Origin: an uncultured Coriobacteriaceae bacterium
Lineage (GTDB): Bacteria > Actinomycetota > Coriobacteriia > Coriobacteriales > Eggerthellaceae
NCBI GenBank assembly: GCA_900550385.1
Contig: URRZ01000001.1
Coordinates: 15,049-79,048, forward strand
Direction of reading: 5' to 3'
DNA: 64,000 bases
This document shows positions 9,275-19,948 of the stretch, in pieces. The translations under genes and the position numbers were made by a program. The notes below the pieces were generated by a model. It saw nothing but the letters and a program-made list of their open reading frames with translations, was not told the DNA's origin and ran no database searches. How positions within the stretch are numbered: position 1 is the first letter of the stretch; each line of letters begins with the position of its first letter.

Positions 9275-10242
9275 TGGACTGCTCCGCCCAAGCGGCGCCC
9301 GGCCGCTACGCCGCCATAGACCTGGGCACGGTCACCTGCCGCATGCTGGTGGCCGACGTCGACGCCCAAGGGGAGCTGAAGGAGGTCCGGCGGGAATACG
9401 ACATAGTGAACCTAGGCGAGGGGGTCGACGCTTCCGGCCGCCTCGCCAAGGATGCGATGGGCCGCGCCGTCGCCGCCATCGCCCGCTACAGGGGCATCGC
9501 GGAGGATCTCGCCGCCGACCCTTCCTCGACTCCTTCCATCGTGGCGTTCGCCACCTCCGCCGCGCGTGATGCGGCGAATTCCGACGAGCTTGTGGCCGCC
9601 CTCGCGCATGAGGGCGTTTCTCTGCAGGTGATCCCCGGGGAGCGGGAGGCCGCGCTCTCGTTCGCCGGCGCCTCGATGGATTTCCCGGGGGAAGACCTCC
9701 TGGTGGTCGATGTCGGAGGCGGCTCCACCGAGGTGGTGGCGGGGCGGGCGGGCTCCGCTCCCTCGCGGTCGCGGTCGTTCGACGTGGGGTGCCGCCGCAT
9801 GACAGAGCGCTTCCTCGCCGGCGACCCGCCTTCCGCCGGCGAGCTGGAGCAGGCGCGCCTGTGGGCGCGGCGGGAGATGTCCCCCTATTTCGATGGCCTG
9901 CGCGCCGACGGCCTGTCTTGGAGCAGGGTCGTCGCCGTCGCCGGCACGGCGACCACGGCGGTGTCGGTGCGCGAGGGCATGGCCCGCTACGACTCCTCCC
10001 GGGTCCACGGCTACACGATGGAGGCATCCGCGTTGGCGGAGGTGCTTTCCCGCTTGGCGTCGCTGCCGCTGGCGCTCCGCCGCGACGTCGCGGGGCTGGA
10101 TCCGCGCCGTGCGCCGGTGATCGTCGCCGGCTTGATCATCCTGTCGGAAGTGCTCGATCTTGCGCAGGTGGGATCGTACACGGCAAGCGAGACCGACATC
10201 CTGCAAGGGGCAGTCATGGCCGCTGCGCGGGGCGGGTGGTAG
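9271..10242 (+). CDS. ppx: Ppx/GppA-family exopolyphosphatase/phosphatase
   Basis: The ASKHA-fold motifs AAIDLGTVTCRMLV and VVDVGGGSTEV are present. Its ATG overlaps the upstream stop in an ATGA arrangement. Confidence 0.8.
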   Translation: MMDCSAQAAPGRYAAIDLGTVTCRMLVADVDAQGELKEVRREYDIVNLGEGVDASGRLAKDAMGRAVAAIARYRGIAEDLAADPSSTPSIVAFATSAARDAANSDELVAALAHEGVSLQVIPGEREAALSFAGASMDFPGEDLLVVDVGGGSTEVVAGRAGSAPSRSRSFDVGCRRMTERFLAGDPPSAGELEQARLWARREMSPYFDGLRADGLSWSRVVAVAGTATTAVSVREGMARYDSSRVHGYTMEASALAEVLSRLASLPLALRRDVAGLDPRRAPVIVAGLIILSEVLDLAQVGSYTASETDILQGAVMAAARGGW

Positions 10243-10344
10243 CCGCCGCGCCGTCCCCGTGAAAAAAATCCCGATACGCCCCTTCGCTTGGGCGTTGCGC
10301 TTGCGATTTGGTACCATATGCACTTGCTGAAATCTGCTCGAAGC

Positions 10345-10429
10345 GGGAGCGTGGCGGAATTGGCAGACGCAGGGGACTTAAAATCCTCCGCCTCCGGGCT
10401 TGTGGGTTCGAGTCCCACCGCTCCTACCA
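10345..10429 (+). tRNA. tRNA-Leu (anticodon UAA), type II with a long variable arm and an encoded CCA
   Basis: The acceptor stem is GGGAGCG/CGCTCCT. The anticodon loop is CTTAAAA, the T-arm is GTGGGTTCGAGTCCCAC, and the 3-prime end is ACCA. Confidence 0.85.
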
Positions 10430-10564
10430 GCGCAGGCGCGGATCCCGTCACCCCCGCCAGGGCTGATGGCGTCGCCGCCGGCGTGGGATCGGGGGATTCG
10501 GCAGCGACGGGGAAACGATTCGCATGCAATTCGACTAACGCTTGAGGCGTGGAGAGAAGCCAGC

Positions 10565-11611
10565 GTGAACATCAACGAGATCATCGCCACTGTGGAGAAT
10601 CCGCCATCGTCTTTCGAGGAATACCTCGGGTTCTATGCCGAGAAGGTGGGCGAACTGGTCAATTCCTACCTTCCCGAGGGATCGCATCCCGATATGGATC
10701 GCTACCTCTACGATCCGTTGAAGCACTATAGCGAAAACGGCGGGAAGCGCCATCGCCCGCTCATCTGCTTCGCCGCGTGCATGGCGGTGGGGGGCGACCC
10801 CGTGCTCGCCACCAGCGCGGCTTCCGCCATCGAGCACTTCCACACTGCCGCCCTCATCCACGACGACATCGCCGACGAGGCCGAGCTGCGCCGCGGCGAG
10901 CCGTGCCTCCATCTCACCGAGGGCCTGGGGCTTGCCATCAACATGGGCGATCTGGCGCTGTCCATGGTCAACGGCACCGTGGTCCACGACGACAACCTCG
11001 ACGCTGAGACCAAGGTGCGCGTGCTCACCGAGCTCACCGAGATGACGCGCCGCACCATCGAGGGGCAGGCGCTCGACATCGGCTGGGCGCGCGACGGACG
11101 CTACGACATCACGCCCGAGGACTACCTGGTCATGGCCACGCACAAGACCGCCCATTATTCCGGAGCCGTTCCGTTGGCGGTGGGCGCCATCATCGGCGGC
11201 GGCACCGAGGCCGAGATCGAGGCGCTGCGCAACTACGGGCTCGACACCGGCCTGGCGTTCCAGATCCAAGACGACCTGCTGAACCTCATCGGCAGCGAGG
11301 AAAGCACCAAGAAGGACTTCCGCAACGACATCACGGAGGGCAAGCGCACCCTGGTGGTGGTGCATGCCCTGCAGAACAGTCCGCAGAAGGACCGCCTGAT
11401 CCAGATCCTCTCGTCGAAGGAGAAGGATCCCGAGGTCCTCGCCGAGGCGGTGCGCATCATGGAGGAGTCGGGCAGCGTGGAGTTCGCGCGCAACTATGCC
11501 GAGAACCTCACGAGCATCGCGAAGAACCGCTTGGTGGACATGGTGAAGCCGTCTTCGGCGCGCGACCTGCTCATATCGATGGCCGATTGGTTCGTGAAGC
11601 GCCTGCGCTAG
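10565..11611 (+). CDS. Polyprenyl (geranylgeranyl/long-chain) diphosphate synthase
   Basis: Two Asp-rich motifs are present, IHDDIADE and IQDDLLN. It uses a GTG start preceded by a GGAGAG site. Confidence 0.85.
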   Translation: MNINEIIATVENPPSSFEEYLGFYAEKVGELVNSYLPEGSHPDMDRYLYDPLKHYSENGGKRHRPLICFAACMAVGGDPVLATSAASAIEHFHTAALIHDDIADEAELRRGEPCLHLTEGLGLAINMGDLALSMVNGTVVHDDNLDAETKVRVLTELTEMTRRTIEGQALDIGWARDGRYDITPEDYLVMATHKTAHYSGAVPLAVGAIIGGGTEAEIEALRNYGLDTGLAFQIQDDLLNLIGSEESTKKDFRNDITEGKRTLVVVHALQNSPQKDRLIQILSSKEKDPEVLAEAVRIMEESGSVEFARNYAENLTSIAKNRLVDMVKPSSARDLLISMADWFVKRLR

Positions 11612-11615
11612 GGGT

Positions 11616-11639
11616 TCCGCGGTTCTGCCGAACCGCGGA
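11616..11639 (+). terminator. GC-rich hairpin after the polyprenyl synthase gene (no T-tract)
   Basis: A perfect 10-bp stem, TCCGCGGTTC-tgcc-GAACCGCGGA, begins 5 nt after the stop codon. Confidence 0.45.
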
Positions 11640-11764
11640 CCATGCTGCCGCTCGCTGACTGAGGTTCGACCGGTGAGCTCCCGCCTTTCCGCTCCTCTTG
11701 GCTTATATCCCTTTTTGGTGGAACTGCGCGCTGGGGGCGGGCCGGGCGCGGGGCGTGCGCTAGT

Positions 11765-12670
11765 ATGGCGCGTATGGATACGATCAAACGACATGATACC
11801 GGGGCCGCGGTGGAGGACGTCCAGCAGCGTCTCGCCACGATAGGCCTGCTTTCCGCGGACGAGGTCAGCGGGACGTTCGACGATGCGACGGCGGCGGCCG
11901 TGACGATGTTCCGCCGCAAGGCGGGGCTGCCCGTCTCCGAAGAGGTGGACGACAAGATGTGGTCCGCCTTGGTCGACGCCTCCTACAGCCTCGGCGATCG
12001 CACGCTGTACCTGCGCATGCCGCATTTCCATGGCAACGACGTGGTGGAGCTGCAGCGCGCGCTGGGCGCGCTGGGCTTCGCATGCGGCGGCGCCGACGGC
12101 ATCTTCGGCGCCTACACCGAGGACGCGTTGCGCACGTTCCAGCTGAACATGGGGCTTCCCTCCGACGGCATCGCCGGCGCCTACACCTACGCCGCCATCC
12201 GCAACCTCCATCATTCTTGGGAGGGGAAGGAGCCCATGCGCCAAGGGGCCCATCTGGGATTCGCGCGCGCCGCGGAGGTTCTGGAAAGCAACGCGCTGTG
12301 CCTGTTCGGAACCGAGCCGTTCACACGCGGGGTGGCGTCGAGGATGTCCAACTTGGCGCTTGCCACCAGCCCGACGTCGAAGATCATGAGCGCCGACAGC
12401 CTGCTGGTCGCGCCCGACGAGGGCATGCTGCTGGTGCATATCGTCCTGCCCGAAGAGACGACCGCGGCAGGCGCGCCGCGCGTCGCCTACACCGATGACG
12501 ACACGCTGGCCCTGCGTTTGCAGACCGCGCTGTCCGCGGCGCGGCGCTCGAAGCCGGCGCGCGTCGCCGTCGAGCTTCCCGGGAAGATGTGGGAGGACGC
12601 CGGCGAGGGCCGCTCGGCGCAGCATTTCGCCATCACGCTGCTCGACGCGCTGTGCTCGGCGCTTTCCTAG
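11765..12670 (+). CDS. Peptidoglycan-binding (PG_binding_1 repeat) domain protein
   Basis: Two repeats match the PG-binding pattern: G..V..VQ..L..G...DG.FG..T..AV..FQ. Confidence 0.65.
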   Translation: MARMDTIKRHDTGAAVEDVQQRLATIGLLSADEVSGTFDDATAAAVTMFRRKAGLPVSEEVDDKMWSALVDASYSLGDRTLYLRMPHFHGNDVVELQRALGALGFACGGADGIFGAYTEDALRTFQLNMGLPSDGIAGAYTYAAIRNLHHSWEGKEPMRQGAHLGFARAAEVLESNALCLFGTEPFTRGVASRMSNLALATSPTSKIMSADSLLVAPDEGMLLVHIVLPEETTAAGAPRVAYTDDDTLALRLQTALSAARRSKPARVAVELPGKMWEDAGEGRSAQHFAITLLDALCSALS

Positions 12671-12792
12671 GATCCGCAGCTTTCCGTCCCGGTTTCCCGG
12701 GGTTTCTTTCGCCTCGGTGACGGATGCGCCGCGTTCCGCCGGCGTGCGGCTATACTGCAATGCAACGAGCAAACGAGGACAAGGGGTGCCCA

Positions 12793-13479
12793 ATGTCGGA
12801 GGATATGAACAGGACGGGATCTCAGCAGGAAACGCCCGCCGGCCCGGATGCGGGGCAGGCGGCTGCGGGGCAGGGCCCCGTCGAGCCCGATGCGCCCCAG
12901 CAGCCGGCGCAGCCCTACGCGCAGCAGCCGCAGCAATCCGCCCAGCCGTGGGCGCAGCAGCCCGGCCAACCCTACGGCCAGCAGCCGGCCCAGCCTGCTC
13001 AGCCCTACGGCCAGCAACCCGTCCAACCCGGACAGCCCTACGGGCAGGTGCCCGGGCAGCCTTACGCCCCCCAGCAGCCCGGCCAGCCGTGGGGCCAGCA
13101 GCCGCAGCAGCCCTACATGCCCCAGCAGCATTACGGCGCCCAGCCCGATCCCCGTTACGGTGCACCTGCCGGCACGCCGCCCTACCAGCAGCCCGTCCAG
13201 CAGATGCAGGGGGCGCCTGCTCCCCTGACGCAGCTCACGGGCGGCATGAAGGCGGCATGGGCCGCCGTCGGCCTGCTCGGAGGCGTGACCGGCGTCATCC
13301 TCGCTTGGCTGATCAATGTCGACAAAGCCCCCCAGATCAAGAACGAGGCGCTGAAATGGTGCTTCGTCGGTTTGGCCCTGAACATCGTCGCGAGCATCAT
13401 CTACGTGTGGGTGATCGTCTCCGGGATGGCGGGGCTTGCGGGAACGGGAGCCTCGACCTCCTCGACGTTCGTCTGGTAG
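12793..13479 (+). CDS. Pro/Gln-rich repeat protein with a C-terminal two-TM membrane anchor
   Basis: There are roughly ten degenerate [14 protein letters not shown] repeats, followed by the hydrophobic segments [18 protein letters not shown] and [19 protein letters not shown]. Confidence 0.6.
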   Translation: MSEDMNRTGSQQETPAGPDAGQAAAGQGPVEPDAPQQPAQPYAQQPQQSAQPWAQQPGQPYGQQPAQPAQPYGQQPVQPGQPYGQVPGQPYAPQQPGQPWGQQPQQPYMPQQHYGAQPDPRYGAPAGTPPYQQPVQQMQGAPAPLTQLTGGMKAAWAAVGLLGGVTGVILAWLINVDKAPQIKNEALKWCFVGLALNIVASIIYVWVIVSGMAGLAGTGASTSSTFVW

Positions 13480-13587
13480 GGTCGCGCCCGCCGCGCCCGC
13501 GCGGTTCCCTTCTCGTTTTGGAAACACGGCGGTGATAGAATCGGTGGCGTTCAGCGCGAACGGCAGACCAAGCGGCAAGGAGCGGAA

Positions 13588-14883
13588 ATGACGCGTCCCA
13601 TGACCATGGCGGAGAAGATCCTCGCCGCCCATGCCCACCTCGACGAGGTGGAGCCGGGCCAGCTTGTCGAATGCGACGTCGATGCGGTGCTCGCCAACGA
13701 CGTGACGGCGCCCATCGCGATACGCGAGTTCGGCAGGATAGGCGTGGGGAAGGTGTTCGATCCGGAAAAGATCGTCCTCGTCCCCGACCATTACGTTCCC
13801 AACAAGGACATCAAAAGCGCCCAGCAGGCGAAGCTCGTGCGCGATTTCGCCCACGAGCAGGGCATCTCGCACTACTACGAGGTGGGCTGCATGGGCGTGG
13901 AGCATGCGCTGCTTCCCGAACAGGGCGTCGTCGGGGCGGGCGATCTGATCATCGGCGCCGATAGCCACACCTGCACCTACGGCGCGCTGGGCGCTTTCGC
14001 CACCGGCGTGGGGTCGACCGACGCTGGGGTCGGCTTCGCCACAGGCAAGGCGTGGTTCAAGGTTCCCGAGACCGTGCGGTTCGAGGTGGAGGGTAAGCTC
14101 GCGCCCGGCGTCACCGGCAAGGACGTCATCCTGCACATCATAGGATCGATCGGCGTCGACGGGGCGCTGTACCAGGCGATGGAGTTCGCCGGCAGCGCGG
14201 TGCGCGCCATGCAGATGGACGAGCGCCTGACCATGTGCAACATGGCGGTGGAAGCCGGCGCGAAGACCGGCTTGATCGAAGTCGACGAAACCACCCGCGG
14301 CTTCCTGAAGGGGCGGGCGGAGCGCCCTTGGACCGAGTACCGCAGCGACCCCGATGCGGCGTACGCCGCGGTGCATCGGATCGACGCGGCCGGCATCCGG
14401 CCGATGGTGGCGTTCCCCCACCTGCCCTCCAACACCCGGCCCGCCGCCGAGGCGCGCGATGTCGCCATCGACCAGGTGGTCATCGGCAGCTGCACGAACG
14501 GGCGCCTCGCCGACATGCGCCAGGCGGCGGCGGTGCTGCGCGGGCGCAAGGTGGCCCCCGGCATCCGCTGCATCGTGATCCCCGCCACCCAGCAGGTGTA
14601 CCGGAAGTGCATCGAGGAAGGGCTCATGGAGGTCTTCATCGATGCGAACTGCGCGGTGTCGACGCCCACCTGCGGCCCGTGCCTGGGCGGGCACATGGGC
14701 ATCCTCGCCGAAGGCGAGCGTGCCGTTTCCACCACCAACCGCAACTTCGTCGGTCGCATGGGGCATCCGAACAGCGAGGTGTACCTGGCATCGCCCGCGG
14801 TCGCCGCCGCCAGCGCGGTGCTGGGGCATATCGGGCTGCCCGACGATCTCGAGCCGGTTGCGGGCGCCGGCGCGGCGGAATAG
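13588..14883 (+). CDS. leuC: 3-isopropylmalate dehydratase large subunit (aconitase-family, short type)
   Basis: 431 aa. It has the aconitase Fe-S ligand regions (GADSHTC, GSCTNGR, CGPCLG). Confidence 0.9.
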   Translation: MTRPMTMAEKILAAHAHLDEVEPGQLVECDVDAVLANDVTAPIAIREFGRIGVGKVFDPEKIVLVPDHYVPNKDIKSAQQAKLVRDFAHEQGISHYYEVGCMGVEHALLPEQGVVGAGDLIIGADSHTCTYGALGAFATGVGSTDAGVGFATGKAWFKVPETVRFEVEGKLAPGVTGKDVILHIIGSIGVDGALYQAMEFAGSAVRAMQMDERLTMCNMAVEAGAKTGLIEVDETTRGFLKGRAERPWTEYRSDPDAAYAAVHRIDAAGIRPMVAFPHLPSNTRPAAEARDVAIDQVVIGSCTNGRLADMRQAAAVLRGRKVAPGIRCIVIPATQQVYRKCIEEGLMEVFIDANCAVSTPTCGPCLGGHMGILAEGERAVSTTNRNFVGRMGHPNSEVYLASPAVAAASAVLGHIGLPDDLEPVAGAGAAE

Positions 14884-14902
14884 CGGAACAGGAGGCGATC
14901 CC

Positions 14903-15397
14903 ATGGAATTCAAGGGCCGCGCGCATCGCTACGGGCGCGACGTCGACACCGATGTCATCATCCCGGCACGCTATCTGAACACCTCCGACCCCGCCGAGTT
15001 GGCGAAGCATTGCCTGGAGGATCTGGACCCGTCGTTCGTGGAGAACGTGGAGCCGGGCGACATCGTCGTCGCGGAGGAGAACTTCGGCTGCGGCTCGTCG
15101 CGCGAGCACGCGCCCATCGCGCTGAAGGCGGCGGGCATCGACGTCGTCATCGCCAAGAGCTTCGCCCGCATCTTCTACCGCAACTCGATCAACACGGGGC
15201 TGGCGATCATGGAGTGCCCGGAGGCGGTCGACGCCATCCGATCGGGCGATGCGGTGCGCGTCGACGCCGACAAGGGGCTCATCGTCGACGAGACCCGCGG
15301 CGAGACGTTCCGCGCGCAGCCGTTCCCGCCCTTCATCCGCGAGATCATCGAAGCGGGCGGCCTGGTGAACCGCTGGAAGGCGAAGCTGGGGCGCTAG
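14903..15397 (+). CDS. leuD: 3-isopropylmalate dehydratase small subunit
   Basis: 164 aa. It has DVDTDVIIPARYL and GCGSSREHAP, and follows leuC directly. Confidence 0.9.
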   Translation: MEFKGRAHRYGRDVDTDVIIPARYLNTSDPAELAKHCLEDLDPSFVENVEPGDIVVAEENFGCGSSREHAPIALKAAGIDVVIAKSFARIFYRNSINTGLAIMECPEAVDAIRSGDAVRVDADKGLIVDETRGETFRAQPFPPFIREIIEAGGLVNRWKAKLGR

Positions 15398-15507
15398 CTT
15401 CGCGCGGAAATGGCGGGCGTCTGCGGGATGGGCGCTCCGCGCGATGGGTGGAGCGCCCGCGGGTGCTTGCGATGCGACGCTCCGATCGGGGCACGGTGCC
15501 GCTTCGG

Positions 15508-17547
15508 CTAGTCGAGCGCGGTGATGCGGTAGAAGCGCATATCGCCTTCGCTGAGCAGCAGCTCGAACCCGGGCGTCTCGGGCGTCACCGCGTCGAACCC
15601 CTTCCAGCTATCCGGATCGTAACGCGTTGTGTCGAGGGTGGGGTCGTTTCCCGAAGGATCGTCCAGCATGATGACGTAGCGCGTCCCCGTATTCTCCAGC
15701 GCGCGACGAACCCCGTCGTCGGAGGCGACGTCTGCGAGGCCCATGCGGATAGCAGCGTTGTCCTGGGAGGGGAAGGAGTTGCCGCCATTGCTGTTATTGG
15801 TGCGGCGGAACAGCGTGGGCATGCCGTCGGTTCCGTAGCACCAGGCGGTTCCGTCGGCGGGCTTGTTCGCCGCCAGCGTGCCATCCTCCATCATCTGCAT
15901 TGCCTGCTTCACGAATGCACGCTCCTCTGCGGTGTACACGGAATCCCAGGAATACAGGTCCTCCACCTGCTGCCGCATGGCGGGCAGCCCCGCTTGGATG
16001 GTCAGATCGCCCATCTTCACGACGATGGGATTGGCGAAAAGGCTGGTGGCGAGCAGCGTCGCGAGGGCGCCCGCCGTCAAGATCCTCCGCGCTCTCCCAT
16101 GCTGTCCCAGTTGGGGGATGCGTTTCAGCGCGGATGCTGCAAGCTGCGCTAGCCATGCGAATCCGAATGCAGCCAGGGGGATGGCGAACAGTGCGTTCAT
16201 CGCGGCGGTGCGGTAGAGATCCGAGTACCAGAAACCGCTTAGCAGCTGCAGGAGAAATCCTTCTGCCGACACGTTCGCCACATAGATCGCCAGCGTAAGC
16301 GCGTAGGCGATGGAGAACCACAGGTAGCGCCGCTCCCGCAGTGTCGCGATGACGCCAAGGAGCACCAGCACGGATAACCCCGGCTGGATGCCTCCCCATT
16401 TCGCGTACATGAACGACAGCGCCGAGAACACCGCTTCGGGCAGCGAGAGCGTCGCCTGCCAATCCCCGTATGTGACCACGTTGCGCAGGGGCGGCGCGAA
16501 GAACAGCGCCATCCACAGAAGGCAGGCTCCTACGATCAGGCCGAGGCCGAGGCCGACGGTTCGCGGGGTCACCGTGGCGCGCTGCGCTTGCGGGCTGCGG
16601 AAGATGCGGCACAGGCCGTAGCATGCCATCCCGATGCCGCAGACGAACGCGCCGTTGGGGTGGCCCATTGCCACCGCGACGAGCCCTATCGCGGTTCCTG
16701 CGGCGATCTTCGCGCGGTTTTGCGCCCCTTTCGCCTCGATTGCGCCGACGAACAGCGCCAAAACGGCGGGGACGAGCGCATAGGACAGCAGGTTGGGAAA
16801 AAGCTGTCCCCTTGTGAGGAAGCCCCATGGGAAAATGGCGAACGCCAAGGTGAACAGGCTTCCGGCGAGCACCACGCCCTGTTTTTCCGGAGCCGCCGTG
16901 CTCAGCAAGAGGTGCATTCCCAAAGGGAGCACCGCGCAGCAGGTCGCCAACGTGAGCGCGTTGGTCGCGGTGTCGACGCTGTCGCCGACGGCGGATGCGG
17001 CGATGGCGGCGACGATGTGCCAAGCGGCGGGGTAGAATGCCCCTTCCGTCCCTTCGGCGAGGAAGGGTCCGCAGTTCAGGATGGAGTAGGTTCCCGAATC
17101 CAAGAAGGCGCGCACTAGCGAAAGGTGCGCCGTGGTGTCGTATTTCCGGGCGAACGAATCGGGGCCGTCGATGGCGGTGAGGAACATCGTCGCGCACACG
17201 ACGAGCGCGACCGCAACGTAGAGGGCCTGTTCATGCCAAACCGATTTTCCCGACAAGGGGAGGACATCCGTGTCGCCGTTCGCCGCGACGCCCTTGCGGC
17301 GCGCGCTCCGGCATGCCGCGTACACGACGAGGGCTATAACCAGCTCCGCCGCAAGCAGCGTCAGAGCGGGGCAGGCTACGCCCGCCGCCGCGAGGGCGAT
17401 GCCGATGACGACGATCAAGGGGATGCTTGATGCAGGAGCCGCTGCGAGAGCGGCGGCAGGCGCGAAGTTCAAAGCGCGGCCGATGAGGTAGCCCGGCGCG
17501 TAGAGTGCGATTGCGACGACGAGGAATGCGAGGGCGAATTCCGCCAT
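15508..17547 (-). CDS. Large polytopic membrane protein (GT-C-like architecture, function unknown), paralog 1
   Basis: About 14 predicted TM segments precede a soluble C-terminal domain ending PETPGFELLLSEGDMRFYRI. The start was set at MAEFAL (GGAG site 5 nt upstream) by alignment to its neighbour. Confidence 0.7.
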   Translation of the reverse strand: MAEFALAFLVVAIALYAPGYLIGRALNFAPAAALAAAPASSIPLIVVIGIALAAAGVACPALTLLAAELVIALVVYAACRSARRKGVAANGDTDVLPLSGKSVWHEQALYVAVALVVCATMFLTAIDGPDSFARKYDTTAHLSLVRAFLDSGTYSILNCGPFLAEGTEGAFYPAAWHIVAAIAASAVGDSVDTATNALTLATCCAVLPLGMHLLLSTAAPEKQGVVLAGSLFTLAFAIFPWGFLTRGQLFPNLLSYALVPAVLALFVGAIEAKGAQNRAKIAAGTAIGLVAVAMGHPNGAFVCGIGMACYGLCRIFRSPQAQRATVTPRTVGLGLGLIVGACLLWMALFFAPPLRNVVTYGDWQATLSLPEAVFSALSFMYAKWGGIQPGLSVLVLLGVIATLRERRYLWFSIAYALTLAIYVANVSAEGFLLQLLSGFWYSDLYRTAAMNALFAIPLAAFGFAWLAQLAASALKRIPQLGQHGRARRILTAGALATLLATSLFANPIVVKMGDLTIQAGLPAMRQQVEDLYSWDSVYTAEERAFVKQAMQMMEDGTLAANKPADGTAWCYGTDGMPTLFRRTNNSNGGNSFPSQDNAAIRMGLADVASDDGVRRALENTGTRYVIMLDDPSGNDPTLDTTRYDPDSWKGFDAVTPETPGFELLLSEGDMRFYRITALD

Positions 17548-17712
17548 AATGCTCCAATCGATTGCCGATGCCGCTATGCGGCGATTCACCGTTGCCGTTG
17601 CAAGTATAGGGCATCGCCCGGGGCGCGATTCGAAGGAGCGGCGGGATGGATGCCGAACGCGGCACGTGGGTCCATGCCGTCTCCGCCCCGCGTTCGTCCG
17701 ACATCGGTGGGG

Positions 17713-19743
17713 TTAGGACTCCTCGATCGCCTCGATCTCGTAGAGGCGCATGTCGCCTTCGCTGAGGATGAGCTCGAAACCCGGCGTCTCCGGGGTGATC
17801 GACTCGATGCCCGCCCAGTTTTCGGCCTTGTAGCGTTTCTCGTCGGATCTTGTGGGGTTGTCGCTTGAAAGGTCATCGAGTATTAGCAGGTAACGGGCGT
17901 CGAGCTCGCGCAGCGTCTGCTGCACCTCCTGGTCGGTGGCGACTTGGTTCAGCTTCGTTCGTATAAGGGCCGCTTCCTCGCCGTCCGCCCGCGCCCCGGT
18001 GTTGGACGAGCGCCGGTAATACGTGTTGATGCCTTCGACGCCGTAGCTCCAGCAGCTCCCGTCGCTCGGCACGTTGATGACGAGCGCGTCCTCGGGCAGC
18101 ACCTCGTCCATGATCTTTCGAATGAACTCGTCCTCCTCGGCGGTGAGGCCGTTCTCCCACGAGTAGCGCGTGCCTATCTGGTGGTTTATGCTCGACAGGC
18201 TCAGATAGACCTGCCTATCCCGGTAATCGACGTGGATGGGGGTGAACTGGAGCAGCGCGAAAACGATCGTGACGATGACGCCGATCGCCCCTGCATACCA
18301 TGCTGTCGATTTGCCGGGCTTCTTCCGCGCGAGCGCCCTCCTCATCCATGCGGCGATCCATGCCAGGCCAAGCGATGCCACGGGGATCGCGAAAAGCGCG
18401 CACATGGCTCCGGTGCGGTTGTAATCGGTGTACCAGAAGCCGATGAGGAGCTGCTTGACGGGGCTGTCGGTCGAAGTGCCGATGATGTGGGCGACGAGCG
18501 CGACGAGGTAGACGACCGTCAGCCAGAGGTAGCGCCGATCCCGCAGCGTCTTCACGATGCCGACTACCGTGAACAGCGTGAGCAGGGGCTGCACGCCCTG
18601 GCGAACGGAGAACATGAAGAAGGGGCTGCTCGCCAGCGCCTCGAAGGGCGAAAGCGATGCCTCCCACGTGTAGTTCACCACCGACTGCAAAAACGGCATG
18701 TTGTACATCACCACCCAGAGGGCGCAGGCGGACGCGAATAGGGCGACGGCGGCAACGACCCTGCCGGCGGAGATTCTCGGCTTGTCCTCGTCAGGGGCGA
18801 AGAACAGGCGGCTTACGGCGTAGGCTACGATGAGGATGCCGAGCGTGAACACCCCGTTGGGCTGCGTGAGGGCGATGCTTACGAATCCGAGCAGCACGGC
18901 CGCCGCAAGCTTCATCTTGTCCGCCGACCGCGTTGCGTCGGGGATGCCGGCGAACGCTGCGAGGACGGCCGGTACGAAGATGAACGCGGCCATGTTCGGC
19001 AGCAGCTGGCCCCACACGACGAAACCCCAGGGGAAGCCGCAGAACGCGAGGACGAGGATCGACCCGGCGATAATCACGGGCTTGTCGCGGCGGAAGACCT
19101 TCTCGAACAGGCACAGCATCCCCAAGGGGAACGCGAGCACGAGGAACACCGTGATGGAGGCGTTGAAGGAAAGGGCGACCGAGCCTCCGGTGATCGAGGC
19201 GAGCAGCGCGCAGACGACATGCCATGCCGCCGGATAGTACCCGGTGCTATCGAGGTTCTGGTCGAGGAACGAGCTGGTGTGCAGGGTCGAGAAAGTGCCG
19301 GTGTCCATGAAGCCCCGCGTCAGGGAAAGGTGGACGGTGCTGTCGTCGTTGCGCGAGAAGGAGTAGGGGCCGTCTATCCCCAAGAGGTACACGATGAGGA
19401 AAACCACCAGGGAGACGGCGACGTACAACGCGGCGATGCGCACCAGCTCGCGCGAGGCGAGGCGGGGTCGAAGGAGGTCGCTCGCGCCTTTGCCCGCGAA
19501 CCTGCGCGCAACGAATGCGAGGAGGCTGAGCACGATCACGGAAAAGATGATCGCCCAAGGAGGGCAGGGCCTTGCGACCTCGTAGGCGACCACGCCCGCC
19601 ACCGTGAACAGCATCATGGAGAAGACAGGGGCTATCGCCACGGAGGCGAACCGGCTGAAGGGGAACGAGCGTGCCAGAAGATAGCCGGGTATGTAGAGAA
19701 GCGCGATGCAGGCTAGGACGGCGAACAGGTATGCGAGCCACAT
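17713..19743 (-). CDS. Large polytopic membrane protein, paralog 2 (tandem duplicate of 15508..17547)
   Basis: It is collinear with paralog 1 from YIPGYLLAR near the N-terminus to PETPGFELILSEGDMRLYEI at the C-terminus. Confidence 0.7.
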   Translation of the reverse strand: MWLAYLFAVLACIALLYIPGYLLARSFPFSRFASVAIAPVFSMMLFTVAGVVAYEVARPCPPWAIIFSVIVLSLLAFVARRFAGKGASDLLRPRLASRELVRIAALYVAVSLVVFLIVYLLGIDGPYSFSRNDDSTVHLSLTRGFMDTGTFSTLHTSSFLDQNLDSTGYYPAAWHVVCALLASITGGSVALSFNASITVFLVLAFPLGMLCLFEKVFRRDKPVIIAGSILVLAFCGFPWGFVVWGQLLPNMAAFIFVPAVLAAFAGIPDATRSADKMKLAAAVLLGFVSIALTQPNGVFTLGILIVAYAVSRLFFAPDEDKPRISAGRVVAAVALFASACALWVVMYNMPFLQSVVNYTWEASLSPFEALASSPFFMFSVRQGVQPLLTLFTVVGIVKTLRDRRYLWLTVVYLVALVAHIIGTSTDSPVKQLLIGFWYTDYNRTGAMCALFAIPVASLGLAWIAAWMRRALARKKPGKSTAWYAGAIGVIVTIVFALLQFTPIHVDYRDRQVYLSLSSINHQIGTRYSWENGLTAEEDEFIRKIMDEVLPEDALVINVPSDGSCWSYGVEGINTYYRRSSNTGARADGEEAALIRTKLNQVATDQEVQQTLRELDARYLLILDDLSSDNPTRSDEKRYKAENWAGIESITPETPGFELILSEGDMRLYEIEAIEES

Positions 19744-19948
19744 GGCTTTCTCCTCGTCGGTAGTTTCGTTGGGTTGCTTTCGCAGTATGTGCCGTCGCGG
19801 CGGCGCGCTATGGCACTTCCGCTAGATTATAGCGTTGGGGCGGGAGTCCGCGCCGCATCGAAGGTTAACAGCGGATGACATCGCTCGTGCGCGGCGGCGT
19901 CGGGTGGAGCGCGTGCTAGTATTCCGCTAGCGAGCGAAAGGACACCCC

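Noticed and set aside
10535-14913. Two very long - strand ORFs (10535..13165, 876 aa; 12667..14913, 748 aa)
   Set aside because: They are antisense to the polyprenyl synthase gene, the PG-binding gene, the PQ-repeat gene and leuC. They are Arg/Gly/His-rich with no recognisable motifs and no Shine-Dalgarno sites.
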